Below, piece by piece: positions 40,263-51,568 of a stretch of 64,000 bases of DNA. Position 1 is the stretch's first letter. Every line of letters begins with the position of its first letter. Both the position numbers and the translations under genes were made by a program. This stretch comes from Hemiscyllium ocellatum (taxonomy: Eukaryota). Under the pieces are notes generated by a model, which was given only the letters and a program-made list of their open reading frames with translations, made no database searches and was not told where the DNA came from. Location: positions 11,406,006 to 11,470,005 of the forward strand of contig NC_083448.1 in NCBI RefSeq assembly GCF_020745735.1, in the 5' to 3' direction.

Positions 40263-40343
40263 GGAGCCGGTGGCCCGCTCCGAGCACACCGCCCCCCCGG
40301 CCCCCCCGGTCCCCCCGGAGCCGGTGCGGGGCTGAGCACTCAC

Positions 40344-40541
40344 CCTCAGCGCCAGTTTCTCGGCCACCCCGGGCGGGAAGCCCAGCCTGTCCTCCCTCAG
40401 CGCCATCACGCGGAAAAAGTCGGTCTTCCGGTACAGGAACCCGAAGAAAACTTCCAGAAAGTTCTCGATCTTTCCGACGTGCTGCAGGATGCCCAGCAGC
40501 GCCTGGTCGTACATCTCGGTGACCTCGGGAGGGCCGTCCAT
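40344..40541 (-). CDS. nudcd3: NudC domain-containing protein 3, coding exon 1 (198 nt, 66 aa)
   Basis: ATG in strong Kozak context (ccggccATGg). Translates MDGPPEVTEMYDQALLGILQHVGKIENFLEVFFGFLYRKTDFFRV...LGFPPGVAEKLALR, matching the NudC N-terminal motif YDQALLGILQHVG...FGFLYRKTDF...GFPPG. Ends at donor CTGAGG|GTGAGT, phase 0. Confidence 0.96.
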
Positions 40542-40635
40542 GGCCGGGGCCGGGGCCCGCGATCCTTCGCCTTCCTCACTTGGAGTCTTCTTCCTTCGTC
40601 CCTTTTGTTTGGGTCTCTCTCTCTCAACCGCTCGC

Positions 40636-40657
40636 CCGGAACACTTCCGGCGGAAGC
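40636..40657. promoter_or_regulatory. Cluster of three ETS (GABPA/ELK-type) cores
   Basis: cccGGAAcacTTCCggcGGAAgc about 95-115 nt upstream of the ATG, typical of CpG-island core promoters. Binding is not shown. Confidence 0.6.
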
Positions 40658-40684
40658 GGTCCGTCGCCCACAATCGCCCCTCCT

Positions 40685-40747
40685 GCGCCACGTGCCGCCA
40701 CTCTAAAGATTCCCCCGGCGCCACGTGCCGCCACTCCAAAGTTCCAC
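40685..40747. promoter_or_regulatory. Tandem duplication (period 33 nt) carrying two CACGTG E-boxes
   Basis: gcgcCACGTGccgccactctaaag.. and gcgcCACGTGccgccactccaaag..; E-boxes at 40689-40694 and 40722-40727. Confidence 0.6.
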
Positions 40748-40886
40748 CACCACCCACCACACCCAGATCACAGCCACTCGCTGCAGGACATCTCGGCAGC
40801 TACAAAGTTTTCAATGCAGACCGTCCAGTGACACCCCGACCTTGAGGGAGGGAGCGCAGAGATTTAAAATCACCTTAAAAAAACAA

Positions 40887-40921
40887 CACCTGATGAAGGA
40901 GCGTCGCTCCGAAAGCTAGTG
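40887..40921 (+). ncRNA. Minimal hammerhead ribozyme motif just upstream of the nudcd3 CpG island
   Basis: cac-CTGATGA-a-ggag cgtcg ctcc-GAAA-gcTA-gtg: stem I cac/gtg, stem II ggag/ctcc, CUA triplet (site after 40918), palindromic AGCU. Confidence 0.7.
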
Positions 40922-41167
40922 CTTCCAGTGAAACCTGGTGGACTGTAACCTGATGTTGTGTGCTTTTTTAAGTTTTTTTTAAAAAGAGCGAGTGGAGACA
41001 AATAAACGCTGCAGTTGACTAGACAGCATCCATGGAGAGACAGAGCACAGTAATATTCCGGGTCTAGATGATTCTTCATAAGAACTCTGGTGAAGAGTCA
41101 TCTGGACTCGACACATGAGGATGTCCTCTCTCCATGGATGCTGTCTGGTCCGCTGTCATCTCAGGCA

Positions 41168-41500
41168 TTATTTGGAAGCACTAACTATCGGTCCGCTGCA
41201 CCTTCATCAAGTGGTTGTGAAGTACAAAATTGTAAGACACAGAATTTATAGCAAAAGTTTACAGTGGTGTAGCTGAAATTGTACGCTGAATACATTCAAT
41301 ACATAATTGCAGTTGCATCACTCTGTAAACTTTTGCTCTAAATTCTGTGTCTCAGGATCTTATACTCCACAATCATCTGATAAAGGAGCAGTGCTCTGAA
41401 AGCTACTACTTCCAAATAAACCTGTTGGACTACAACTTAGTGTTGTGTGATTTTTAACTTTGTCCACCCCCATCCAACACCAGCACCTCCAAATCATTTC
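41168..41500. mobile_element. Head-to-head Penelope-derived terminal element (family of the 40887 motif)
   Basis: 41168-41266 is the reverse complement of 41319-41419; both arms carry degenerate ctgatgaaggagc..ctccgaaagcta. Confidence 0.7.
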
Positions 41501-41759
41501 CAGCATTGGTTGTTTTCAGCACCTGTAGTAGTTTGCTCCGAACGTGCAGCTGATGTCAAGGATGCATTGGATGATGAAGCAGTTTCAATGGTTGCATTCA
41601 AAAGGGAATTAATTTTTATAATCAAGCTCTTCACATATGTTTTTTACACTCACCTGGAACAAGGGGATTTGAACCATGACCTCCTGCCTCAGAGAAGGGG
41701 CATAATAATGCTTCTTCTTCCTCGGGTCACTAAGGAAATTTAGCATGTCTCTCAGGACC

Positions 41760-42218
41760 CTCACCCAACGTTTCCAGATGCACCATAGAAAGCATTGTGT
41801 CTGGATGCATCAAGGCTCAGAAAGGCAACTGCTCAGGAAGGTGTGAACACAGCCTAACAATCACCCAAACCAACCTTCTTTCATCCATTGACTCCCTATA
41901 CATTTCTCATTGCCAGGGAAATCACCCAAAATCATCAAAGACTTCTCCCACCCCGGTTAAAATCTCTTCCAACCTTTTCTGGCAGGTAGAAGGTACAAAG
42001 GTTTGAACACGTACCAGCTAATTCAAGAACAGCTTCTTCTCCACTTTTATTAGAATTCTGAATGCACCTCTCAAATTTCAAATCTCATGTTGATCTTGCT
42101 TTACGTGCATCCCCTTTGCAGCCATAACTCTGTTCAAACACCCTATGATCTTTGTATGTTATGATCTGTCTGTAACCTTTCACTGTACCTAGCTACATGT
42201 GACAATAACAAAAAAATC
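41760..42218 (+). mobile_element. Rex1-type LINE 3' end
   Basis: accatagaaagcattgtgtctggatgcatc encodes TIESIVSGCI; tail ..tgtgacaataac..aaatc. Confidence 0.65.
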
Positions 42219-44798
42219 ATGTGTCTCCGCCCCCAGGCCGATCTCCGTCACCACACCCAACTCCGCCCCCACTCCCAGCTCCAGCCCCACACCAGGTCTT
42301 AGCTTCCAGCCCTGCCGTATTTTCACCATCCCTCCAGAACGACCCCTCTCTGAGGATGAAAGATCAGTCCTCAGCAGAGGCCTCACCTTCATTCCCCTAC
42401 GCTCTCGGATTAACGAGTTCAACACGCAGCGAGATATCGAACAATTCTTCTGCCACCTTCGCCTCCGCGCCTACTTCTTCGACCAGGATTCTCGCCCACC
42501 CTCTGACGACCCCTTCTGCCGCCTCCAACACATCCCATCCACCTGGACACCTCGTGCTGGACTCTTACCCACCCTCGATCTCTTCATTGCCAACTGCCGC
42601 CGCGACATTAACCGCCTCAACTTCTCCACCCCTCTCACCCACTCCAACCTCTCACCCTCAGAATGTGCAGCCCTCCACTCCCTCCGCTCCAATCCCAACC
42701 TCACCATCAAACCGGCAGACAAGGGAGGCGCGGTAGTAGTTTGGCGCACCGACTTTTACACCGCTGAGGCCAAACGCCAGCTCGCGGACACCTCCTCTTA
42801 TCGCCCCCTTGACCATGACCCCACCTCCCACCACCAAACCATCATTTCCCAGACCATCCATAACCTCATCACCTCAGGGGATCTCCCATCCACCGCCTCC
42901 AACCTCATAGTCCCACAACCCTGCACCGCCCATTTCTACCTCCTGCCCAAAATCCACAAACCTGACTGCCCCGGCCGACCCATTGTCTCAGCCTGCTCCT
43001 GCCCCACCGAACTCATCTCCGCGAACCTCGACATGGTCCTGTCCCCCTTAGTCCAAGAACTCCCCACCTACGTTCGGGACACCACCTACGCCCTCCACCT
43101 CCTCCATGATTTTCGTTTCCCCGGTCCCCAACGCCTTATTTTCACGATGGACATCCAGTGCCTGTACACCTCCATCCCCCATCACGAAGGACTCAAAGCC
43201 CTCCGCTTCTTCCTTTCCCGCCGCACCAACCAGTACCCTTCCACTGACACCCTCCTTCAACTGACTGAACTGGTCCTCACCCTGAACAACTTCTCTTTTC
43301 AATCCTCCCACTTCCTCCAAACTAAAGGAGTAGCCATGGGCACCCGCATGGGCCCCAGCTATGCCTGTCTCTTTGTAGGATATGTGGAACAGTCCATCTT
43401 CCGCAACTACACAGGCACCACCCCCCACCTTTTCCTCCGCTACATCGATCACTGTATCGACGCTGCCTCGTGCTCCCACGAGGAGTTTGAGCAGTTCATC
43501 AACTTTACCAACACCTTCCATCCCGACCTCAAATTCACCTGGACTGTCTCTAACTCCTCCCTCCCCTTCCTAGACCTTTCCATTTCTATCTCGGGCAACC
43601 GAATCAACACAGACATCTACTATGAACCGACTCCCACAGCTACCTAGACTACACCTCCTCCCACCCTGCCCCCTGTAAAAACGCCATCCCATATTCCCAA
43701 TTCCTTCGTCTCCGCCGCATCTGCTCCCAGGAGGACCAGTTCCAATACCGTCCAACCCATGGCCTCCTTCTTCAAGGACCGCAGTTTCCCCCCAGATGTG
43801 ATCGACGATGCCCTCCACCGCATCTCCTCCACTTCCCGCTCCTCCGCCCTTGAGCCCCGCCCCTTCAACTGCCACCAGGACAGAACCCCACTGGTTCTCA
43901 CCTACCACCCCACCAACCTCCGTATACAGCGTATCATCCGCCCTCATTTCCGCTACCTCCAAACAGACCCCACCACCAGGGATATATTTCCCTCCCCTCC
44001 CCTATCAGGGTTCCGAAGAGACCACTCCCTCCGTGACTCCTTCGTCAGGTCCACACCCCCCACTAACTCAACCTCCACTCCCGGCACCTACCCCTGCAAC
44101 CGCAAGAAATGCAAAACTTGCGCCCACACCTCCCCCCTTACTTCTCTCCAAGGCCCCAAGGGATACTTCCATATCCACCACAAATTCACCTGCACCTCCA
44201 CACACATCATTTACTGCATCCGCTGCACCCGATGTGGCCTCCCCTATATTGGGGAGACATGCCGCCTACTTGCGGAATGTTTCAGAGAACACCTCTGGGA
44301 CACCCGGACCAACCAACCCAACCACCCCGTGGCTCAACACTTCAACTCCCCCTCCCACTCCACCAAGGACATGCAGGTCCTTGGACTCCTCCATCGCCAG
44401 ACCATAGCAACACGACGGCTGGAGGAAGAGCGCCTCATCTTCCGCCTAGGAACCCTCCAACCACAAGGGATGAACTCAGATTTCTCCAGTTTCCTCATTT
44501 CCCCTCCCCCCACCTTGTCTCAGTCAAATCCCTCGAACTCAGCACCGCCCTCCTAACCTGCAATCTTCTTCCTGACCTCTCCGCCCCCACCCCACTCCGG
44601 CCTATCACCCTCACCTTGACCTCCTTCCACCTATTGCATCTCCATCGCCCCTCCCCCAAGTCCCTCCTCCCTACCTTTTATCTTAGCCTGCTGGACACAC
44701 TCTCCTCATTCCTGAAGAAGGGCTCATGCCCGAAACGTTGATTCTCCTGTTCCTTGGATGCTGCCTGACCTGCTGCGTTTTTCCAGCATCACATTTTC
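42219..44798 (+). mobile_element. Penelope-like element, copy 2 (same family), longer at the 5' end, with one frameshift and YIDD changed to YIDH
   Basis: ORFs 42199-43647 and 43759-44556 align to copy 1 at an offset of about 6714 nt. A 4-nt loss near 43630 breaks the frame, and RYIDHC replaces RYIDDC. Confidence 0.93.
44708..44745 (+). ncRNA. Hammerhead motif in the tail of Penelope copy 2
   Basis: attc-CTGAAGA-a-gggc tcat gccc-GAAA-cGTT-gattc; GUU triplet, palindromic AACGUU. Confidence 0.55.
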
Positions 44799-45134
44799 AA
44801 ATCAAATCATAACCTTTGCATCAACCCAGCCCTGAAAAGGGAATGTGATGGTTTACCAAAGAAGAAATAAGGTGCGAGATTCAAGGGAGAACATAAAAGT
44901 ATGAAACAAAGTATGGTGCTCATTGGCAGATACGAGGGTGAAATAGGTTCCGGACGCGGAAGTCTGCAAGATCTTAGAGGATTTTGATTTTTTTTTAGGT
45001 CTGCCTCAAAGGAACTTTGGTGATTTTCTGTATCTTAGATAGTACACACTGTTGCCATGAGCATGGGTGGTGCAGGGAGTGGATGCTTTTGGATTCCAAA
45101 CAAACAGCTGCTTTGTTCTGGATGGTGTGAAACT

Positions 45135-45860
45135 TCTTGATTCGATTTATTGTTTGTTTTGATTTATTTATGGATCGCGATATAATGAAAATATAGATAT
45201 TGTTTTGCATGCCATCATCCCTCATATCAGTGCACCATGGTAACAGAACAAAATGCAAAATATTGCTTTACAGCTACAGAGAAGGTGTCAAGAAAGATCA
45301 ACATTTAATAACAGCAAGAAAGAAACTGTTCTTGAATCTGTTGGCACGTGTTTTCAGATTTTTGTGCCTTCTGTCCAACAGCAGAGGGTGGAAGGTAGTA
45401 TAACCAGAGTGAGAGGGCTTTTGAGTTAAGCTGGCTGCTGTCCCGAGACAATGGGAGGAAAGCTGGCTTTCATGATGAGACAAGCCTGTGTTCACAACTC
45501 TCTCTAATTTCTTGCAGTCTTGGGCAGAGGCGTTACCATACCAAGCTGTGATGCATGGGGACAGGATGCGTTCTATGGAGCAACCATTAAAATTGCTAAC
45601 AGTCATTGTGGACCTGCTGAATTTCCTTCGCCTTCTCGGGAAGTACAGCTATTAGCGTGCTTCCTGACTATACCTTTGACATGCATGAACTCGGATAAAA
45701 CATTGGTGATCTTTACTTCTAGACACCTGAAGCTCTGAACCACCTCCACCTCCGTACTACTGATACAGACATGGATGTGTCCTCCAACTCCTTCGTTTTG
45801 CTGACATTGAGAGAGATTGTTGTCTTTACACCGTGCCACGAAGCTGTCCATCTCTTTCCT
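45135..45860 (-). mobile_element. Rex1-type LINE 3' fragment
   Basis: CSIERILSPCITAWYGNASAQDCKKLERVVNT; (AAATC)-like tail at about 45140-45175. Confidence 0.65.
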
Positions 45861-46479
45861 GTATTCTGTCGCATCATCGTTTGAGAACGAACCCCCACGG
45901 TTTATTTCTCCCCAGCACCCATGTCATGTGTGTACAGGTGTCAGACACAGTGAAAAACAACAAGTGTGTAAACCTTTAGTTATATTCCACCACCAGCAAG
46001 AAAGGAAACACCCGAGTGGCCAGTGCCAAGCAGTGCCCTTCTCAGAGGGCAATGCTGCATACTCAAACAGTGAAGTGGGGAGGGGGATTAAATCAAGACA
46101 GAGTTGGAGGGGGAAATAATACACTCTACTCCCTGCGGTGCCCACTCTTCCCTGAAGATCTCGAGTGTGTTAGTGGACACCATGTGCTCCTTCTCCAGAG
46201 ACACCCGGACTCTGACATAACTGCAGAAGAGGGGCCAGCAACTTCTACCTTAAAATGGAGGGAAGATTATTGAAGAAACAGTTGAAGGTGGTTAGACTTT
46301 AGACAAAACCCTGAGAAACACCTGCAGAGATGTCCTGGAGCGGAGATGACTGACCTCCAACAACTACAACCATCCTCCTCTCTGACAGGTATCACTCCAA
46401 CCCACAGAAAGCTTGCCCCAATTTAGATTCCAGTTTTGTACATGCTGTTTGATGTTACACTCAGTCAAATGCAGCCTTG

Positions 46480-48700
46480 ATGTCAAGGGCTGTCATTCTC
46501 ACCTCCCCTCTGGAATTCAGCTCTTGTGTCCAGGTTTGAACCAAGGCTGCAAGGGGGCCAAGCCTGAATGGCCATGGTAGAACCCAAACTGAGCATTACT
46601 GAGCAGGTTTTGCAAAACAAATGCTGCTTGCTACCACTGTTACTGATATCTTCCATCAGTTTACTGATGGTCAAAAGTAGTATGATAGGGCAGCAATTGG
46701 CTGGGTTGGATTGGTCTTGGTTTTTGTATACAGGACATACCAAGGCAACTTTCCACATTGTCGAGCAGATGCTGGTGGGTTGTAACTATTGTGCAATAGC
46801 TTGGCCAGAGGAGCAGCATGTTCTGGAACACAACTCTGCAGTACCATTTCTCAATGTTACATGGAGTGCAGCAAATTGGCTTCAGACTGATATCTGTCAC
46901 GCTGGGGACCATTGGAGAAAGCTGAGATGGATCATCCACGTGGATGCTTCCATTTAATCTTTTGCACTTGTGCTGGGCTCTTCCATCATTGGGGATGGGG
47001 GTATTTGTGGAGCCTCCTCCTCCAGACTGGATGTGGCAGGGCTGCAGAGCTGAGTCTGATCCATTGGTTGTGGAATCACTTCGCTCTGTATATCACTTGC
47101 TGCTTCTGCTGTTTGGTGTGCACGTAGTCCTGTTTGGTGGCTGATTGGTTGACACATCTTCAGGTATGCTGTTTTTGACCTGCTCTCCTGTACTCTCCAT
47201 TGAACTAGAGTTGACCCCCTCTGGCTTGATGGTCCATGGGAACTGGGGGATATACCAGGCCATTAGGTTGCAGATTGTGTGCTCGAGTCGAATTCTGCTG
47301 CTGTAGATAGCCCACAGTGCCTCATATGCCCACTTGAACTGCTCAATGTTTGAAATCTATCCATTTAGCACAGTGACAGTACCACACAACACGATGGAGG
47401 GTATTCTCAATGCGAAGGCAGGACTTTGTCTCCATAAGGACTGCATGGTGATCACTGTTATGGATACTGTCAATAACAGATACACCTGCAGCAAGCAAAT
47501 TGCTCAGCATGAGGTCAAGGATGTTTTTCTCTCTTGTTGGTTCCCTCACCACCTGCGACCACAAGCGAGGAATTGGGGGGAAGGGTGGTGGTGGTGGTGA
47601 TAGAGGTGAGATGAATGAGTCACTGATAAAGTCACTCTCTGTCTCTGAGCATCCCTCAGGCAGATGGGGATATTGCTGAGTGTGGAGTGGTTTCTTCTGA
47701 AAGGGAAAGTGGTCTCGGGATCCAAACAAAGATAGTTTTCTTTTCTTTTAAAAATATACTTTATTCATAAAACCTCTTTATCTGCAGACATAATCACTGG
47801 AACAGTTCAGTTCTGTACTGTCTTTACACATGGAAAATAAACATACCCAAGGCATTTCTCACTTACACAAGTTTATATTTGGACAGTTCCACTGCTTCTG
47901 CTCAGTTGTTATGTTTACAATCAGTCCGTCACCCCAGTCTGATTGGCGACAATTAGTCAGCAATCCCACTGAAGTCCAGTTGTCTGTAACCCGCTGAACT
48001 GATTTTGGGTATCAGTCACCAGGGAACAGCCCAGTTCAGTGAACTTGACTGTCAATGCCCCATCCATTCGGTTATCTGTGGTTCATGTCTAACAGTATAG
48101 CTGTCTTTCTTTTAACATTCAGTCATGGTAGTTGGTACCATTAGCTAGGCCAGCTTTTATTGTCCATTTTGAATTGCCTTGGACAAGATGATGGTGAGAT
48201 GCCTTCTTCAAACACTGCCCATGGCTGCAGGTCCTCCCACAATGCTACATCAAAGTGTCTTTGAACATTTGACCCTGTAGCATTGAAGGAGTGACAATAT
48301 AGTTGCATGTCTGTATGCTGTGCGATTTGAAGGGAACCTTGCTGTTGATGCTCCCATATGTCTGTTAATCTGTCCTTCATGATGGTGTAGGTTGGGGGTT
48401 TGATAAGTGATATCACGTGGTGAATTGTAGCAGTGCATCTTGCAGACAGTGATGTCACTATATATAGGTGGTGAAGGGAGTGAATGGTGAAGGTAGTTAA
48501 TGCAGTAATCGTCAGGCAAGCTGCTTGGTCCTGGACATGGTTCAGCTTCTTCAGTGTAGTTACAGCAAGTGTGGAGAATTCCACCACATTCCTGACTTGT
48601 AGCGTGGCGATGGTGGACAGGTTTTTGGAGTCAGGAGATGAGTTACTCACTGCAGGATTTCTATTCTCTGACTTCCTCTTGTAGCCTTTTCAGAAGAGAG
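46480..48700 (-). mobile_element. Fragmented LINE (CR1/L2 group) with insertions
   Basis: DQSNPANCCPIILLLTISKLME (RT start) and VRNVVEFS..TTLKKLNHVQDQA (C-terminus). Confidence 0.6.
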
Positions 48701-49154
48701 GATGGCTTGGTGGCATTATTACTGGACTATTCATCAAGAAACAGCAAGTAAGGTCCTGCAAATCTGGGTTCAAATCCCACCAATTGTCGATGATGGAAAT
48801 TGAATTCAATAAAAGTCTTGGATCCCAAAAAATGTCAACGAACTATTACATTTGATTAAATTAGTGTCAAACATACATCATCTAAAATGATCCAGCCCAG
48901 AGGACATTATTCAATCCTCTGTGTTAGTGGTAGCTCTTTGAATAGCTGTCCAATTAGTGCCAGTCTGTGCTCTTTAACCACAGCCCTGTAAAGATTTCTA
49001 GCAAGGCTTTATTCAATTCAGTTCTGAATTGACTCTGTTTCCAGTATCATTTTAGACAGAGGAATGCAAATGAAAGTAATAAGTCCTGTAATTGTATCAT
49101 TACTGGATTGTTTATGTACCATATGCCTGTAAGACTGTACGTGTAAAAAAATAA

Positions 49155-49505
49155 CATGGGTAGAGCTTATTTCATGAGTTAAGGATATCCCAAACGTCTG
49201 TGCAGTCAATGAAGTACCTCAGGTATCAGGACATGTGTAGGAAATGAAGTACAAAGATGACAAAGCAAGCTCAGATGTTGATTTTATTCAGCATTCTTGA
49301 TTTCAGACAAAGATTGACAACAGCACCAGGAAAGGCTTGTCTTATTTTTCAAACTTGGAGATTTTTATCATACACCTGAGAGGGCAGATGCATAAATTCT
49401 CATCTCAAAAAATAGCAGCTCTGACAGTGTAACACCTCCATGTGTTTCAGCTAAGATTCTGTGCTCAAGTCAGTGAAGTGAGAACCTCCTGACTCATAAA
49501 GACAG
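49155..49505 (-). mobile_element. Second Deu-type SINE downstream of the polm stop
   Basis: Plus-strand tcccaaacgtctgtgcagtcaatgaagtac..cacctgagagggcaga..ctgacagtgtaacac..tgtgctcaagtc parallels the 49880 copy. Confidence 0.55.
49283..49288 (-). terminator. Candidate polm polyadenylation signal (AATAAA); alternative at 49008-49013
   Basis: First minus-strand AATAAA I found after the stop, about 500 nt downstream. No transcript evidence. Confidence 0.3.
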
Positions 49506-49781
49506 AGGTTCTCACTCAAAGAGAATTCATCAGTTGAACCAACAGCTAAGTATATGGATGCATAACAGAAACATTGATTAACACAGAACTTACCAATTCT
49601 ACAATATAATCAGACAGGAGCTACGTGCTAGCCAAACAAAATCAAACACTGGTAAATGGCCAATTTTTTACGTGGTGTTAGATATCCAGTTATAAATGTG
49701 CAACATACATTTTGTGAGAAGGATCATTGAAGCTGTCCTCACTGTTTCTTCCCCATAGTCTGAGGAGTTGAATTCAGCACA

Positions 49782-49874
<93 letters not shown>

Positions 49875-49879
49875 TTAGG

Positions 49880-50240
49880 AAGAAAAGAAAAGCTTGCATG
49901 TATATGGTTCATTTCACAACCTCAGGCTGTGCAAACCCTTCCCGCCCAATAAAAGTTTGCAAGTGAAGTCACTGGGATAATGTTGACACTATGGAATCCT
50001 GCACAGCTAGTTTGCTCAGAGGTCTGCTAGAACAGCTAATCTGGAATTCTGCAAAACTCACTGAGCAAATTAGTATTCGATAGTACACTCTGAATAACTC
50101 CCCTGTTCTTTCAAATCGGGTCAATCTTTTAAGCCTACCCATGACAGTAGACAGTTTGGTGGCTGAATGTCTCGTTGGAAAGATATCACCTCATAGTATA
50201 TTGCTCAACATTCAGTTAGCAAAGCAGGCAGGAGGTGTTG
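49880..50240 (-). mobile_element. Deu-type SINE (AmnSINE1/SacSINE1-like) in the last polm intron
   Basis: Matches the recalled consensus order. Minus-strand 3' end gttgtgaaatgaaccatatacatgcaagcttttcttttctt compares with recalled gtcgtgaaaggcgctatataaatgcaagtctttcttt. Confidence 0.6.
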
Positions 50241-51568
50241 ATCTGGCTTTCACAACTGGTCATTTGCATGAACAATTCAATGCAAATTCCAGTCTACTCT
50301 GTGTGATGAACACCCAAGACAGGGGAGAAACAGCCCTCCAATATTTGCTCCAGTGAGTTGGTCACCTGTGGCCCATGTGGTGGCTCATTCTTTGGAGGCA
50401 CCATCATTTACATGATTGTCAGCTCTGTGAATACAACACTGCCTCAGTGCAGCACAGCGTATCAGCCTGGATTATATGCCCAGGTCTTTGAAATGCAACT
50501 TCCCTGTTAACATCTGCCAAAACATCAGAAGTGCTACCAGCTGCTATCTGGCTGGCAATTAAAAAAAAAATCATGTTCTTTTCAAAATTACAAATAAAAA
50601 CCATGATACGACCAGCACACCAAACGTCACTTCAATTTTACTCTCCCACAATTTATGAAGGGGAATCTAATGTATCAGAAGTATCATGTGTTGGCAAGTT
50701 ATTGTAATTTACAAGAGCTTTTGCGAAATATTTCTTGTTAGGGTCTAAGGATCACCAACAATGAGTGCCCCAAACTGCACTTGACAAGGTAAAACTCAGC
50801 TGCCTTCCTTCATAGCTGCTGTTCTCTTCAGGAAGGATATTAGGATTTTGAACCAGTCAGTGAAGGAACAGTGATATCTTGCAAAACCAACAATTAGTTT
50901 TCAAGTTTAGAGTTCTGTATAATTTGGATTAATTCATCGGTTTATTCCTTTGGCCAGGATAAAGTGCTTTCTTTCTGAGTTAAACAGCAGTGTTTAACAG
51001 ATCGGAGAATAATCTGCCTTACAATACACACTTGACCATGTCAGGAGGTATTACTGTGAAATTGACAGCGTCACAAAGAACAAGAGGCTTAGATAGAATA
51101 GACACAGACACAGTTATCCTGGTCAATTACTGGAGGACATAAATTTTAAAGTGATTGGTGGAAGGATTAGAGGGGATGTAAGAAATTACCTTTCCAACGA
51201 AAGGGTGTCCTGAATTTGCTGCCCATTTTGATGGTGAAGGTGGGAGACCCACTTGATTTAAAAGAATCCTGAGTATGCACCTGCAAATCTCTGGACTAGA
51301 TGGCACTAATGGGGATTAGAACAGATCAGGAGATCCCTCAGGAAACCAGCATTGACACAATGGCTGAATGGTCTCTTTCCCCAACTTCACTTTGATGCTA
51401 TGGAATGTTCTGATGTAACATTACTGAGAATCATAAAACACAGAAGGGGGCCATTCAGCCCAACAAGTCTCTGCTGATTGAACAGCCATTGCATTTCAAG
51501 GATATCAATGGATTTGACTTGAAGATTTTCAAAAAGGTGCAGAGCGAAGGAATTCAATTTCTTCCCAC

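Larger units (their letters stand above)
40260..40870. promoter_or_regulatory. CpG island / housekeeping-type promoter of nudcd3
   Basis: The only long non-repeat stretch with dense CpG. It overlaps exon 1 and its upstream sequence; no TATA box seen. Confidence 0.85.

Noticed and set aside
40685-40735. CTCF sites in the duplicated promoter unit (GCGCCACGTGCCGC)
   Set aside because: Only the first half matches the CTCF core; an E-box is the better reading.
40542-40760. In-frame N-terminal extension of NUDCD3 with a basic NLS-like stretch
   Set aside because: There is no upstream ATG, the track start is a non-ATG codon upstream of the likely TSS, and the real ATG has a strong Kozak context.
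39497-40845. Stack of long Gly-rich and Pro-rich ORFs on both strands
   Set aside because: These arise from a G/C-rich repeat and CpG island lacking stop codons. Only the 40344-40541 part has homology and splice support.
35820-44741. Antisense and alternative-frame ORFs over the two Penelope copies (e.g. 36334-36807, 37099-37764, 43048-43521, 43808-44407)
   Set aside because: Shadow frames caused by the strong C-skew of the element; no independent motifs.
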